This document shows positions 37,692 through 47,279 of a stretch of DNA of 64,000 bases, in pieces (position 1 is the stretch's first letter; every line of letters starts with the position of its first letter). Origin of the DNA: Deltaproteobacteria bacterium (lineage in GTDB: Bacteria > Myxococcota_A > UBA9160 > UBA4427). Location: the NCBI GenBank assembly GCA_002691205.1, contig NZHD01000020.1, positions 1,615-65,614 of the forward strand. Direction: 5' to 3'. A program made the position numbers and the translations under genes. The notes below the pieces were generated by a model. That model was not told where the DNA came from. It searched no databases and worked only from the letters and a program-made list of their open reading frames with translations.

Positions 37692-37981
37692 TGGAGCCTC
37701 CCTGTTGAGTTTCGAGAGTCCGTTGAAGAAAATGCTTTCACACTGACCTCCAGGGTCGATGCGAATGAGGACGGGACACCTTGAGGCACACCGAAAACCG
37801 AACCTTTATCCGCCACTCGAAGACCGAGAGCCGCGAGAATTCGGCGTTGAGTGTTCAGCCGACAAGGTCGACCGGCTTCCACACGATCAATCGTTAACGC
37901 AGACAGTCCGGCACGACGGGCGAGTTCCGCTTTACTCAGCATGAGACCCTCTCGATAAAGTCGAACACGGTTCGAAGCCAA
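37688..37981 (-). CDS. XRE-family HTH protein coupled to pilM
   Basis: SKAELARRAGLSALTIDRVEAG; GTGA overlap with pilM. Confidence 0.8.
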   Translation of the reverse strand: MASNRVRLYREGLMLSKAELARRAGLSALTIDRVEAGRPCRLNTQRRILAALGLRVADKGSVFGVPQGVPSSFASTLEVSVKAFSSTDSRNSTGRLQ

Positions 37982-38037
37982 ATTTTCATCCCTCCCCTAG
38001 ATCTGCGAGTGCCGAACCTCTTGGATCCGACACCGTC

Positions 38038-38065
38038 TCATCGGCCATATCTTTCAAGGACTTGA
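38038..38065 (-). promoter_or_regulatory. Sigma28-type promoter for HTH-pilMNOPQ
   Basis: TCAAG-N15-GCCGATGA on the minus strand. Confidence 0.65.
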
Positions 38066-38152
38066 GGCAGCCCGATTCCTGCTAAATTGTGTCCGAGATC
38101 ACATATTTTGAAGCTCATAGAGGACCAAAGGCGATTCTCTGCGAGTCCAGCC

Positions 38153-38181
38153 TTAAGCCAGCCCCCCGAGTGATCCGATAG
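38153..38181 (+). promoter_or_regulatory. Possible sigma28-type promoter for the divergent regulator
   Basis: TTAAG-N16-TCCGATAG on the plus strand. Confidence 0.45.
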
Positions 38182-38270
38182 GCCCAACATGGGACTCGAA
38201 AAGGGAGTCCCTAAAAGCCTGCTCGCCTTCCGTTCCGAACGGATTGAAGCCAAGTTAAAATGGGGCCAAA

Positions 38271-39629
38271 ATGCAACACTTTTCACCTTTCCACAGCATT
38301 CTAGTCATTGAAAGTGACACGCAGAGAGCCGAATACATGGTCGAGCGACTCGACTCCGTGTCATTCTCAGCGCATACCGTAGGAACAGCTTCAGACGCCG
38401 TTCACGCACTGATGAGGGGCTCATTTGACCTTATTCTCTGCAGCTCACGAGTCCACGGTCTCGAAGGTTTCCCTCTTTTGCCGCAACTCGTTCGGACTTC
38501 GCCAAACGTTCCCATTCTGTTGATCCGCGAGGAAGGCTGCGAAGTCGACGCCGGATTGCTCGCCTACCTCGATGCCGAAATTTCCGAGCCCATCGATCAA
38601 GCCGAGCTCAACCAAACACTTTCTCGCCTCACAGAAACCATCGTTTTAAAGCGGCGGATGAATACTCTCGAGTCGCAACTGGCTAAATCTATGGCGACCC
38701 CTCCGATCGTAGGATCCTCAGACGCCATGGTGCGCTTGCTTGAAGGTCTTGAAAATGCGGCCTTTGGTGAGAAACCGACCCTTCTTCAGGGCGAACAAGG
38801 AACTCATCGCGAAAGCCTTGCACGGGCACTTCACGATCTTTCCGCTCAGCGGAATAAAACTTTCCTGACGATTCAGTGCAGGGCTGAAAAATCGAGCCCA
38901 AGCACCAATGCCCAATTGACACCCGAAACTTCAACGTTCCAGAAGGAACTTCATGAAGCTGTAAAAACCAGTCAACACGGAACCATCTATATCTCAAACA
39001 TTGAACGCTTGTCCCTCAAACAACAAGCTGAACTTTTTGCTGTCATAGACGACAGTTATACCGCCCACGCTTATTCACACGAGGCGAACATTGGCCTTCG
39101 AATCATCGCTTCCACCAACGTGTCACTGGAAACGAGAATTCAGTCCGGAGATTTCCTAAAAGAGCTCGCCCAATTACTCGAGCATAACTTTCTCGAAGTC
39201 CCTCCTTTGCGCGATCGAGTCGAGGATATTTCTCTGCTCGCAGACCACTGGTGCCAGCATTACTCCAAAGCGCAGGGGCTAAAACCTCTTAAAATTACCG
39301 ACGAGGCCATGTCTCACCTCGCCGCCCACTCGTGGCCTGGAAACCTGCGTGAACTTGAAGCAGTCATCCAACTGGCGGTGAGCCGAGCAAAAAGTGACCT
39401 CATCACAATCACCGAAATTCCTCTAGATCTGCTCAAAACCAGCTTCTCTAGAGCAAAATCAGAGAGTGAAAGTTTTGACTTAAAGGCCACCCGTCAGCAG
39501 GCAGAAGCTCAAACGATAAGGCGAGCACTTAGGCAAACAGGCGGAAATCGAACCCATGCAGCAAAGCTGCTCAAAATCAGTCACCGCGCCCTGCTCTACA
39601 AGCTAAAAACATATGGGATACGAGACTAG
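38271..39629 (+). CDS. Degenerate NtrC-like regulator (pseudo-receiver, degenerate AAA+, Fis-type HTH)
   Basis: IVGSSDAM, RIIASTN, VPPLRDRVEDI, WPGNLREL and GGNRTHAAKLLKIS retained; Walker A/B and GAFTGA lost. Confidence 0.8.
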   Translation: MQHFSPFHSILVIESDTQRAEYMVERLDSVSFSAHTVGTASDAVHALMRGSFDLILCSSRVHGLEGFPLLPQLVRTSPNVPILLIREEGCEVDAGLLAYLDAEISEPIDQAELNQTLSRLTETIVLKRRMNTLESQLAKSMATPPIVGSSDAMVRLLEGLENAAFGEKPTLLQGEQGTHRESLARALHDLSAQRNKTFLTIQCRAEKSSPSTNAQLTPETSTFQKELHEAVKTSQHGTIYISNIERLSLKQQAELFAVIDDSYTAHAYSHEANIGLRIIASTNVSLETRIQSGDFLKELAQLLEHNFLEVPPLRDRVEDISLLADHWCQHYSKAQGLKPLKITDEAMSHLAAHSWPGNLRELEAVIQLAVSRAKSDLITITEIPLDLLKTSFSRAKSESESFDLKATRQQAEAQTIRRALRQTGGNRTHAAKLLKISHRALLYKLKTYGIRD

Positions 39630-39662
39630 AGCAGCGACCTTTAGAAACGTGACGCCCTGCTT

Positions 39663-41078
39663 TTAGTCTTCAGGAAGGCTCTCGCCCATCCCTTCAGATT
39701 CAGAAGAATCACTGGACCTGGACAACTTCTGGAATCGATAGCGAAAAGACCGAAATGAAATGCCAAGCTGAGCGGCAGCTCGAGTTTTAACACCTCCACT
39801 CTGCCGCAGAGCCTCATCAAGTATCGCTCGCTCATATTCTTGCAGCCTCGCCTCTAACCCTCTGGCTCCTATGGGCCGCGAGTCAACCGAGAGACTCGGC
39901 TGAACCTCCTTCAGCACATCGGGCAGCGAGTCTAAGTCGATCTTGTCGGTTTGAGACAAAGCCATCGCGCGCTCGGTTATATTCTCGAGTTCTCGAACGT
40001 TCCCTGGATAGCCGTATGCCATCATTGTCTGCATGGCCGCATCAGAGACTGAGTCGATGTCTCGGTCCATCTCCGCCGCATACTTGCGTACAAAGTTTCG
40101 AACCAAGAGGGGAATATCTTCCCGGCGCTCTCTCAAGGGCGGAACCTCCACCTCAACCACATTAAGACGATAATAAAGATCTCGGCGAAATCGTCCCTCC
40201 TCCACTTCCTGAGCCAAATTTCGATTCGTCGCCGAAATCACACGCACATCTAAATCGCGATCCACCGTGTCACCCACGGGCCGAAGCTTCTTCTCTTGGA
40301 TCACACGAAGCAGCTTGACCTGTAAAGCTAGAGATAGCTCAGAGACTTCATCAAGAAAAAGAGTGCCTCCCTCAGCCACAGCAAAAAGCCCCTGCTTTGC
40401 TCCATCCGCTCCGGTAAAAGCACCTTTCAAGTGACCAAACAATTCACTCTCAAGTAGATTTTCGGGAATGGCACCGCAATTAACGGCCACAAAAGGTCCA
40501 TTTGCTCGGTTCCCTTCATCATGAATCCCACGCGCCACCAATTCCTTCCCCGTCCCACTCTCACCGGAAACCAAAACTGTGGTTTTAGTCAAGGCCACCT
40601 GGGCCATTAAACGAAAGACAGACTGCATCGCCTCACTGCTTCCCACGAGAGACCTTGAGCGGCTTTGTTTCAACTCTCGCTTCAACCGCAGATTCTCTGA
40701 GGACAGAAGCTTCTTCTCAAGCGCTTTACGAACAACCAGCTTCACTTCATCCACTTTGAATGGCTTGGTAAGATAGTCGTAGGCGCCTTCCCTCATGGCC
40801 GAAATCGCGTTATCAGTGCTCGCAAAGGCCGTAATTACCACCACCATCGCCTTAGGGGCCAACGCCTGTGTATGACGCATCACCTCAAGCCCGCTCCCCT
40901 CCGGCATCTGCATATCGGTCATCACGAGATCTACATGATCGTTCTCGAGACACGCCACCGCCTTCTGGACTCGGTCGACGGCCGTTACTCGATAGCCCTC
41001 TCTGCGAAAAAGGATTTCTAAGAAGTCACGCATGCTCAATTCGTCATCAACGACAAGAATATGTGGCTTAAGACTCAT
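39663..41078 (-). CDS. pilR: Sigma54-dependent response regulator
   Basis: Receiver with DD/D, GESGTGKE, GAFTGA, LFLDE, HTH; follows pilS and pilC. Confidence 0.88.
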   Translation of the reverse strand: MSLKPHILVVDDELSMRDFLEILFRREGYRVTAVDRVQKAVACLENDHVDLVMTDMQMPEGSGLEVMRHTQALAPKAMVVVITAFASTDNAISAMREGAYDYLTKPFKVDEVKLVVRKALEKKLLSSENLRLKRELKQSRSRSLVGSSEAMQSVFRLMAQVALTKTTVLVSGESGTGKELVARGIHDEGNRANGPFVAVNCGAIPENLLESELFGHLKGAFTGADGAKQGLFAVAEGGTLFLDEVSELSLALQVKLLRVIQEKKLRPVGDTVDRDLDVRVISATNRNLAQEVEEGRFRRDLYYRLNVVEVEVPPLRERREDIPLLVRNFVRKYAAEMDRDIDSVSDAAMQTMMAYGYPGNVRELENITERAMALSQTDKIDLDSLPDVLKEVQPSLSVDSRPIGARGLEARLQEYERAILDEALRQSGGVKTRAAAQLGISFRSFRYRFQKLSRSSDSSESEGMGESLPED

Positions 41079-42640
41079 GCCGCCTCCTCCACTCCTGGCA
41101 GAATGAATCGAAAAACAGTGCCTCGCTCCGTGGCATCCTCAACAACAATAGAGCCTCCATGGGCTTCAACAGCGCGATGAACTGTGGACAGGCCTAGTCC
41201 GGAGCCTTGGAGCTTGGTCGTAAAAAAGGGCTCAAAAATACGATCTTTCACGGTAGGGTCGACACCTGATCCCGAGTCGCACACTTCGACCTCAACCCAA
41301 TGATGAGGCAGGGTGGAAGGCATCCTCTCTTCAGAATCCAGCGAGAGCCTTTCACCAAAGGGCTGAACATTCGGAAACCTTTTGCCTTCGCGAACAAAAA
41401 AAGCAAGCTGGCCACCTTCCGGCATCGCTTCAATTCCATTCATAGCGAGATTCCAAATCACTTGCTTCAACTGACTACCGTCTGCCCAAGCGCGAACTTC
41501 TCCTCGGACATTAAATTCCAAAGAGATATTGTCCGGACATGACTGTTTAAGAAGGCCCAAGACGTCAGCCAGCAGAACGTTCAACTCCAACTCTCGGAAA
41601 ACAGGAGGCATCGGTCGAGAATATTCCAGAAAATCTGTGATCAGCTTGTTTAATCGATCAGTTTCACGAACAACAATTTCAGAAAGGCGGCCCCCCTCAT
41701 CCATTTCTTCTCGTATCGCACCACTCGCCAGTAAAAGCTGAATCGAACCGGAGATCGAGGCTAAAGGGTTTCGAACCTCATGGGCGATCTTCGCTGCCAT
41801 TTCACCCACAGCCGCCATACGTTCAGAGTTCCTAAGTTCTTGCTCCATCCGCACCACGTTTGTCACATCCTGAAAAATCAGGACCCAACCCCGACGTCGA
41901 CCATCGGAACCAAGAAGCGTCGAAGCCGAAACCCCCAGATGGACGATGTCTCCCGCTTTGGTTTCAAACTCCAACCGAACGCGCGTTTTTTTGCGCGTTT
42001 GAAAATATCCCAACTCACCCACCACAGAGAGCGCCCCCGGAACGACATCCTCCAAGGGGCACCCCACAGCACTAGAAGCCGAAATTCCCGTGATTTGCTC
42101 CGCTTCAGGATTAAATGAACTGATCCGTCCTTTTCGATCCGTTGTCAGGAGACCACTCATAATGCTGCTCACGGTCTGGTGATGAAGCTCGCGCGCAAGA
42201 TCCAAATCTCGCTCACTCTGGTCAAGCGCCTGCCCCTTGAGTCTCAGTGCCGAGTCCATATGCATAGCCATGTGTGCATAGAGAAAGCTTGTTCCTAGAA
42301 GGATATACACAAAACCACAAAAGACACCTAATCCCATTCCCCAGAATACCAACCCACTCACCAGCATCACATCAATCAATATTTGGGCGCGCAGAATAAA
42401 ATGCCGAGGCCTCAGCCGAACAGAAAACGGACCCGCCACAAGGGCTGAAACACCAAGCAAGGTGACCGTGAGATACAAAGCTAGGCTTACACTCTTCGAA
42501 CTCCACAGGTCAATCCCCATGGCAATCGCGAGGCAAAACAGTACAGCTGATACCCTTAAACTAAAAAAAGACACAGATCCAAAAAGACGAAGACCTGCAG
42601 AACGCTCTACCGATGGCGGTTTTGTTTCCGTCATGGTCAT
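41075..42640 (-). CDS. pilS: PAS-domain sensor histidine kinase
   Basis: TM region, PAS, AHEVRNPL H-box, FEPFFTTK, GSGLGL; synteny. Confidence 0.85.
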   Translation of the reverse strand: MTMTETKPPSVERSAGLRLFGSVSFFSLRVSAVLFCLAIAMGIDLWSSKSVSLALYLTVTLLGVSALVAGPFSVRLRPRHFILRAQILIDVMLVSGLVFWGMGLGVFCGFVYILLGTSFLYAHMAMHMDSALRLKGQALDQSERDLDLARELHHQTVSSIMSGLLTTDRKGRISSFNPEAEQITGISASSAVGCPLEDVVPGALSVVGELGYFQTRKKTRVRLEFETKAGDIVHLGVSASTLLGSDGRRRGWVLIFQDVTNVVRMEQELRNSERMAAVGEMAAKIAHEVRNPLASISGSIQLLLASGAIREEMDEGGRLSEIVVRETDRLNKLITDFLEYSRPMPPVFRELELNVLLADVLGLLKQSCPDNISLEFNVRGEVRAWADGSQLKQVIWNLAMNGIEAMPEGGQLAFFVREGKRFPNVQPFGERLSLDSEERMPSTLPHHWVEVEVCDSGSGVDPTVKDRIFEPFFTTKLQGSGLGLSTVHRAVEAHGGSIVVEDATERGTVFRFILPGVEEAA

Positions 42641-42661
42641 TCCTTCTTCTCTACTATGCGT

Positions 42662-43876
42662 TCAGTTAATCGAGTCAGCAATCGTGAAGATAGGCAGATA
42701 CATCGCGATCAATATTGTCCCAATGGAGCCTCCCATAAAAACCATCATCAGCGGCTCTAGCATTGAAGTCAAAGCGGCCACTGCCGAGTCCACTTCATCA
42801 TCATAAAAATCTGCAATTTTCGTCAACATGACCTCCATGGATCCTGTTTCCTCACCCACAGCGACCATTTGCACCATCATCCCGGGGAAAACGCGAGACT
42901 CTTGCAACGGCTCTGCAATCGTCTTTCCCTGAGAAATCGAAAGCCGTGTCGCTTGCAATTCCTCTTCAATGATCACGTTTCCCGCTGTCTTGGCCACGAT
43001 GTCCAAGGCATCAAGAATGGGAACGCCACTCGAAATCATTGTCCCGAGAGTCCGGGTGAAGCGCGCAACCGCCACACGTTTAATGATTGTTCCAAAAATC
43101 GGAAGATTGAGCGCCAGCTGATCTGTACGACGACGGAAGCTGAGGACTCTCGATCTCAACTGAGAAAAAGTGGCCACCAGAGCAAAAACTCCCCCAAGAA
43201 GATAATGAACATAGGCCTGGAGCCACTCGCTCAGTTCGATCACCATCTGCGTCGGTCCCGGCAGTTCACCTCCGAAATCGGCAAACATTTTCTGAAAAAC
43301 GGGAATCACTTTTACCAAAAGTAGAATAATACACGCGACGGCAATCACACTTACGGTCGTTGGGTAAACCATCGCGCCCTTAAGCTGCTTCGCAAGTTTA
43401 TCTTGCTTTTCAAGCTGTATAGCCAAACGGTTCAGAATCGTATCCAAAATTCCGCCGACCTCACCCGCTGCTACAAGATTTACATAAAGCGAGTCAAACA
43501 CTTTGGGGTGCTTGCTCAATGCATCAGCAAAAGTGGCCCCTGACTCGACGTCACCCCGAATCGCGACGATCGCCTTCTTAAAAGTAGGGTTCTCTTGCTG
43601 GTCCCCCAGGATATGGAGGCACTGAACGAGCGGAAGCCCCGCATCCACCATGACGGAGAACTGACGTGTAAAAACCACGAGATCTTTAACGGTGACTTTA
43701 GGCTGGAAAAAAGAAAAAAGTTCTCCCAGGTCTTTCGCCTTCTGCTTAACCTTGCCGGGAACAATTCCTTGGGCCCTCAATTGGGACATCACTGAATCGA
43801 GACTACGACCCTCCATTTCACCTTTTCGAGCGATCCCATCCCGGGTCTTACCTGCCCACACATATACAGCCATCAC
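42662..43876 (-). CDS. pilC: Type IV pilus platform protein
   Basis: FTRQFSVMVDAGLPL, AGEVGG, GEETG, LEPLMM, MYLPIF. Confidence 0.95.
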   Translation of the reverse strand: MMAVYVWAGKTRDGIARKGEMEGRSLDSVMSQLRAQGIVPGKVKQKAKDLGELFSFFQPKVTVKDLVVFTRQFSVMVDAGLPLVQCLHILGDQQENPTFKKAIVAIRGDVESGATFADALSKHPKVFDSLYVNLVAAGEVGGILDTILNRLAIQLEKQDKLAKQLKGAMVYPTTVSVIAVACIILLLVKVIPVFQKMFADFGGELPGPTQMVIELSEWLQAYVHYLLGGVFALVATFSQLRSRVLSFRRRTDQLALNLPIFGTIIKRVAVARFTRTLGTMISSGVPILDALDIVAKTAGNVIIEEELQATRLSISQGKTIAEPLQESRVFPGMMVQMVAVGEETGSMEVMLTKIADFYDDEVDSAVAALTSMLEPLMMVFMGGSIGTILIAMYLPIFTIADSIN

Positions 43877-43957
43877 GTCATCCCATCTTCGGCCGACATT
43901 GGCCGCCTATGTCTTTTGAGCACTCGCACCCCCTTCGGGATGATTTTAATAAGCTGA

Positions 43958-45055
43958 TCAAACCCCGACCCTATTGCGCCCGGGAATAGGAGAACTCGAC
44001 AGAAGAAGCTTAGATAGCTCTTCCGTGTCTCCGCTCCGACCCTCTGCATCTTCTCGAGTGACTTGATGACTTTGCACGAGCGAAGCCAATGATTGATTCA
44101 TTGTTTGCATGCCGAACTTCCCCTGTCCAACTTGCATCGATGAATAAATCTGATGAATTTTATCCTCACGTATAAGATTTCGGATGGCCGCATTCGGCAC
44201 CATGACCTCGACACCCAACACTCGGCCTTGACCGTTGGCTCTAGGCAGGAGGGTCTGACTAATCACGCCCTCCAAGACAAACGAAAGCTGCTGCCGTATC
44301 TGGGATTGCTGATACGGAGGAAAGACATCAACCATCCGATTAATTGTTTGGACAGCCGAATTTGTATGAAGGGTCGCGAAGGCCAAGTGGCCCGTTTCAG
44401 CCACCGTAAGGGCTGCTTCGATTGTTTCCAAGTCCCGAAGCTCGCCAATCAAGCAAACATCAGGATCCTGCCTCAAAATATATTTAAGAGCTTCTTTGAA
44501 GGAAGCGGTATCAGCACCGATCTCGCGCTGATTAACGACGCAGCCCTTGTGAGAATGTAAGTATTCAATCGGATCCTCAATCGTCACAATGTGTTCGTTA
44601 CGGTCTCTATTAATACGATCAATCACCGTGGCGAGTGTCGTTGACTTGCCCGAACCGGTTGGCCCGGTCACCAAAACCAGCCCACGAGGTTTTTTTGCCA
44701 GATCTTTCACGACAGGCGGCAAGCCCAGTTCGTCAAAGTCTCTAAGCTCAAAAGGAATGGCACGAAACACGCCCGCAACATTGCCTCTCTGCTGAAAGAC
44801 ATTCCCCCTAAAACGCGATAATTTTTGAACACTAAATGAAAGGTCGAGTTCGTTGGTCTCTTCAAAACGATGCTTTTGAGCATCTGTCAAAACTGAATAA
44901 CACAACTGCCTTGCCTCTTGAGCGGCGATGGGCGGGAGCTTCAAAGGACAAAGCTTTCCGTCCACGCGCAACTGAGGCGGCGTACCCGTCGTGATATGAA
45001 GATCACTTCCGCCCTTGTCCACCATTGCCTTTAGTAATTGATGCATATTGGCCAT
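43958..45055 (-). CDS. pilT: Type IV pilus retraction ATPase
   Basis: SDLH, GPTGSGKSTT, LRQDPD, AETGH, AIRNLIRE, GMQT. Confidence 0.96.
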   Translation of the reverse strand: MANMHQLLKAMVDKGGSDLHITTGTPPQLRVDGKLCPLKLPPIAAQEARQLCYSVLTDAQKHRFEETNELDLSFSVQKLSRFRGNVFQQRGNVAGVFRAIPFELRDFDELGLPPVVKDLAKKPRGLVLVTGPTGSGKSTTLATVIDRINRDRNEHIVTIEDPIEYLHSHKGCVVNQREIGADTASFKEALKYILRQDPDVCLIGELRDLETIEAALTVAETGHLAFATLHTNSAVQTINRMVDVFPPYQQSQIRQQLSFVLEGVISQTLLPRANGQGRVLGVEVMVPNAAIRNLIREDKIHQIYSSMQVGQGKFGMQTMNQSLASLVQSHQVTREDAEGRSGDTEELSKLLLSSSPIPGRNRVGV

Positions 45056-45101
45056 CGGAATATGTTCCTCGATTCTTTGATCGTTAAGTTCGGGGCTCGT
45101 A

Positions 45102-46799
45102 TTAATCGGAAGCAGAGACTCGAAACACTTCACTCAAAGTGGTCGTCTCTTCAAGAAGTTTATTAAGGGCACTTCGCCTCAACGTCATCATGCCGCTCCG
45201 AATGGCTTCTCTCTTAATTTCAGCAGCGGATGCGCCATTAAGTACAAACTCTTTCAGCTCTTCCGTCATCGACATGACTTCGTAAATTGCGATCCGACCC
45301 TTGTAGCCTGTGTCCGAACAGTTACTGCACCCTTTGCCATGTTTTGCCACAAATCCTTGACACTCACTTTCGCTCAAGCCCGCCGCAATCAGGTCTTCCG
45401 CAGAAATCTCCTCATCCACTTCAATGCACTCCGGACAAATCCGACGGGCCAAACGCTGAGCCACAATGCAGTTCACAGCGGAGGCAACCAGAAAAGGCTC
45501 CACTCCCATATTCAACAAACGATTGACCGTTGAAGGCGCGTCATTTGTATGGAGCGTGGAAAGCACCATATGGCCAGTCAAAGCAGCCTTGACCGCAATC
45601 TCAGCTGTCTCAAAATCGCGAACCTCACCTACCATGATAATGTCGGGATCCTGACGAAGAAAAGATCTCAATGCCGTCGCAAAGTTGAGGCCTATATCTT
45701 CATGCATCTGAACTTGATTAATACCAGAGAGATTGAATTCAACTGGATCCTCTGCAGTCGAAAGATTTTCTGAAATTTTATTGAGTTCGGTCAACGCTGA
45801 ATAAAGTGTCGTCGTTTTGCCCGAACCAGTGGGCCCCGTCACAAGGACCATGCCAAAGGGCTGATGGATATTTTTTTTGAAATCATCAAGCTGTGATACT
45901 TCAAAACCAAGCTTAGTCATATCAAGCTGGAGGTTGCTTTTATCCAATAAACGCAACACAATTTTCTCGCCAAAGAGAGTCGGCAGGACGGAAACACGAA
46001 AATCCATCTCTCGACCTCGACCTAATTTCAGTTTTATCCGACCATCCTGAGGGAGGCGCCTTTCAGCAATATCCAACTCGGACATGATTTTAATTCGAGA
46101 GATAATCGCATTTCTGAGCTTAATGGGGGGCTTCATGACTTCATAAAGAACACCATCAATTCGATACCGAACACGAAAAACCTTTTCATAAGGTTCCACA
46201 TGAATATCCGAAGCGGTTTTTTGGATGGCGTCACTCAAAATCAAATTTACGAGCTTCACGACCGGGGCATCCTCAGCTTCATTCGTCGCGAGAGCAGGGT
46301 CGAAATCATCTTCGTCGGTAATAAAGTCCATACCGGCATCATCAAAACCAGCCATGACCTCTTCCAGCAAATCATCTTGACCGTAGTGACGATCCAGAGC
46401 ACGGCGGATGGCTGCCTCTGAGGCCACGACGGCCTGAATGTTATAACCGGTTAAAAACTTAAGGTCGTCTAGGGCTGAAATATTTGAAGGGTCCGAGGTC
46501 GCAACAATCAAAGTGGATCCCGCTCGATTTACCGGCATCACATTGTGCTTCTGGCTGACCTCATACGGAATCAGGTCCAGAACACCGGGATCGATCTCGA
46601 ACTCATCAAGTTCGATGGATGGGACTCCATACTGCTTGGCCACAAAGCCAGTCAGCTCTCCCTCGTCGAGAAAACCAAGCTCCGTGATCTGGGCGCCTAG
46701 ACGCCCCCCCTTCGAAACGGCCTCGGCACGGGCCTTGGACAACTGATCAGCAGACAGGAGGTTCTCTCTGACCAGTAATTCGCCTATGCGCTCGTTCAC
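45102..46799 (-). CDS. pilB: Type IV pilus assembly ATPase
   Basis: RIGELLV (MshEN-like), SDIH, ERRLPQDG, GPTGSGKTTT, LRQDPD, Cys4 zinc site. Confidence 0.96.
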   Translation of the reverse strand: MNERIGELLVRENLLSADQLSKARAEAVSKGGRLGAQITELGFLDEGELTGFVAKQYGVPSIELDEFEIDPGVLDLIPYEVSQKHNVMPVNRAGSTLIVATSDPSNISALDDLKFLTGYNIQAVVASEAAIRRALDRHYGQDDLLEEVMAGFDDAGMDFITDEDDFDPALATNEAEDAPVVKLVNLILSDAIQKTASDIHVEPYEKVFRVRYRIDGVLYEVMKPPIKLRNAIISRIKIMSELDIAERRLPQDGRIKLKLGRGREMDFRVSVLPTLFGEKIVLRLLDKSNLQLDMTKLGFEVSQLDDFKKNIHQPFGMVLVTGPTGSGKTTTLYSALTELNKISENLSTAEDPVEFNLSGINQVQMHEDIGLNFATALRSFLRQDPDIIMVGEVRDFETAEIAVKAALTGHMVLSTLHTNDAPSTVNRLLNMGVEPFLVASAVNCIVAQRLARRICPECIEVDEEISAEDLIAAGLSESECQGFVAKHGKGCSNCSDTGYKGRIAIYEVMSMTEELKEFVLNGASAAEIKREAIRSGMMTLRRSALNKLLEETTTLSEVFRVSASD

Positions 46800-46909
46800 G
46801 ACTCCCCTTCCTCATCCTTCGCACTCCTCAATCTCGAGCCGCTACTCGCAAAGGATCGGACATCAAATCCGAGCCAGGCCGCCAGCAGGGCCTTCAAAAA
46901 AGAACGCGT

Positions 46910-46957
46910 TCTAGGGGAGTTATCGGTGTCTCTACAGAGAAGCTTTACTCCCTAGAC
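46910..46957 (-). promoter_or_regulatory. Sigma28-type pilB promoter bracketed by an 11-bp perfect inverted repeat
   Basis: TAAAG-N15-ACCGATAA (46947-46920, minus strand) between TCTAGGGGAGT (46910-46920) and ACTCCCCTAGA (46947-46957). Confidence 0.65.
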
Positions 46958-47279
46958 ATGAGAAGGTCGTTGGGCCGGAATACAACAGGTTTGAAACGAC
47001 GAGCTCCCTGCAGGGTTACCATCACTTCAAAAAGCACAGGCCTTGAGACTGATGGCCAGCCTCAGGGCGCGATCGGCGACGGGCTGCCCCTAGCCGCGCT
47101 GAACGCCACTAGAGCCCAAGCAGACGCCCAAAAATCTAGCCTTCCTTAAAAGCTCCAGTCTGATCAAAATTCCGAATAGAACAGAGCCCTTCCCGAAAGA
47201 TCGCCCCCCCTGGACCTGCCCTTCCTCAACGCCTACCCGTCTCGAGCCAGACTCAAAGGCCCTCGATGAAGGAATTGCC

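Noticed and set aside
45102-45135. TGAAG-N17-TCCGATTA upstream of pilT
   Set aside because: It lies in the last codons of pilB and the spacer is too long.
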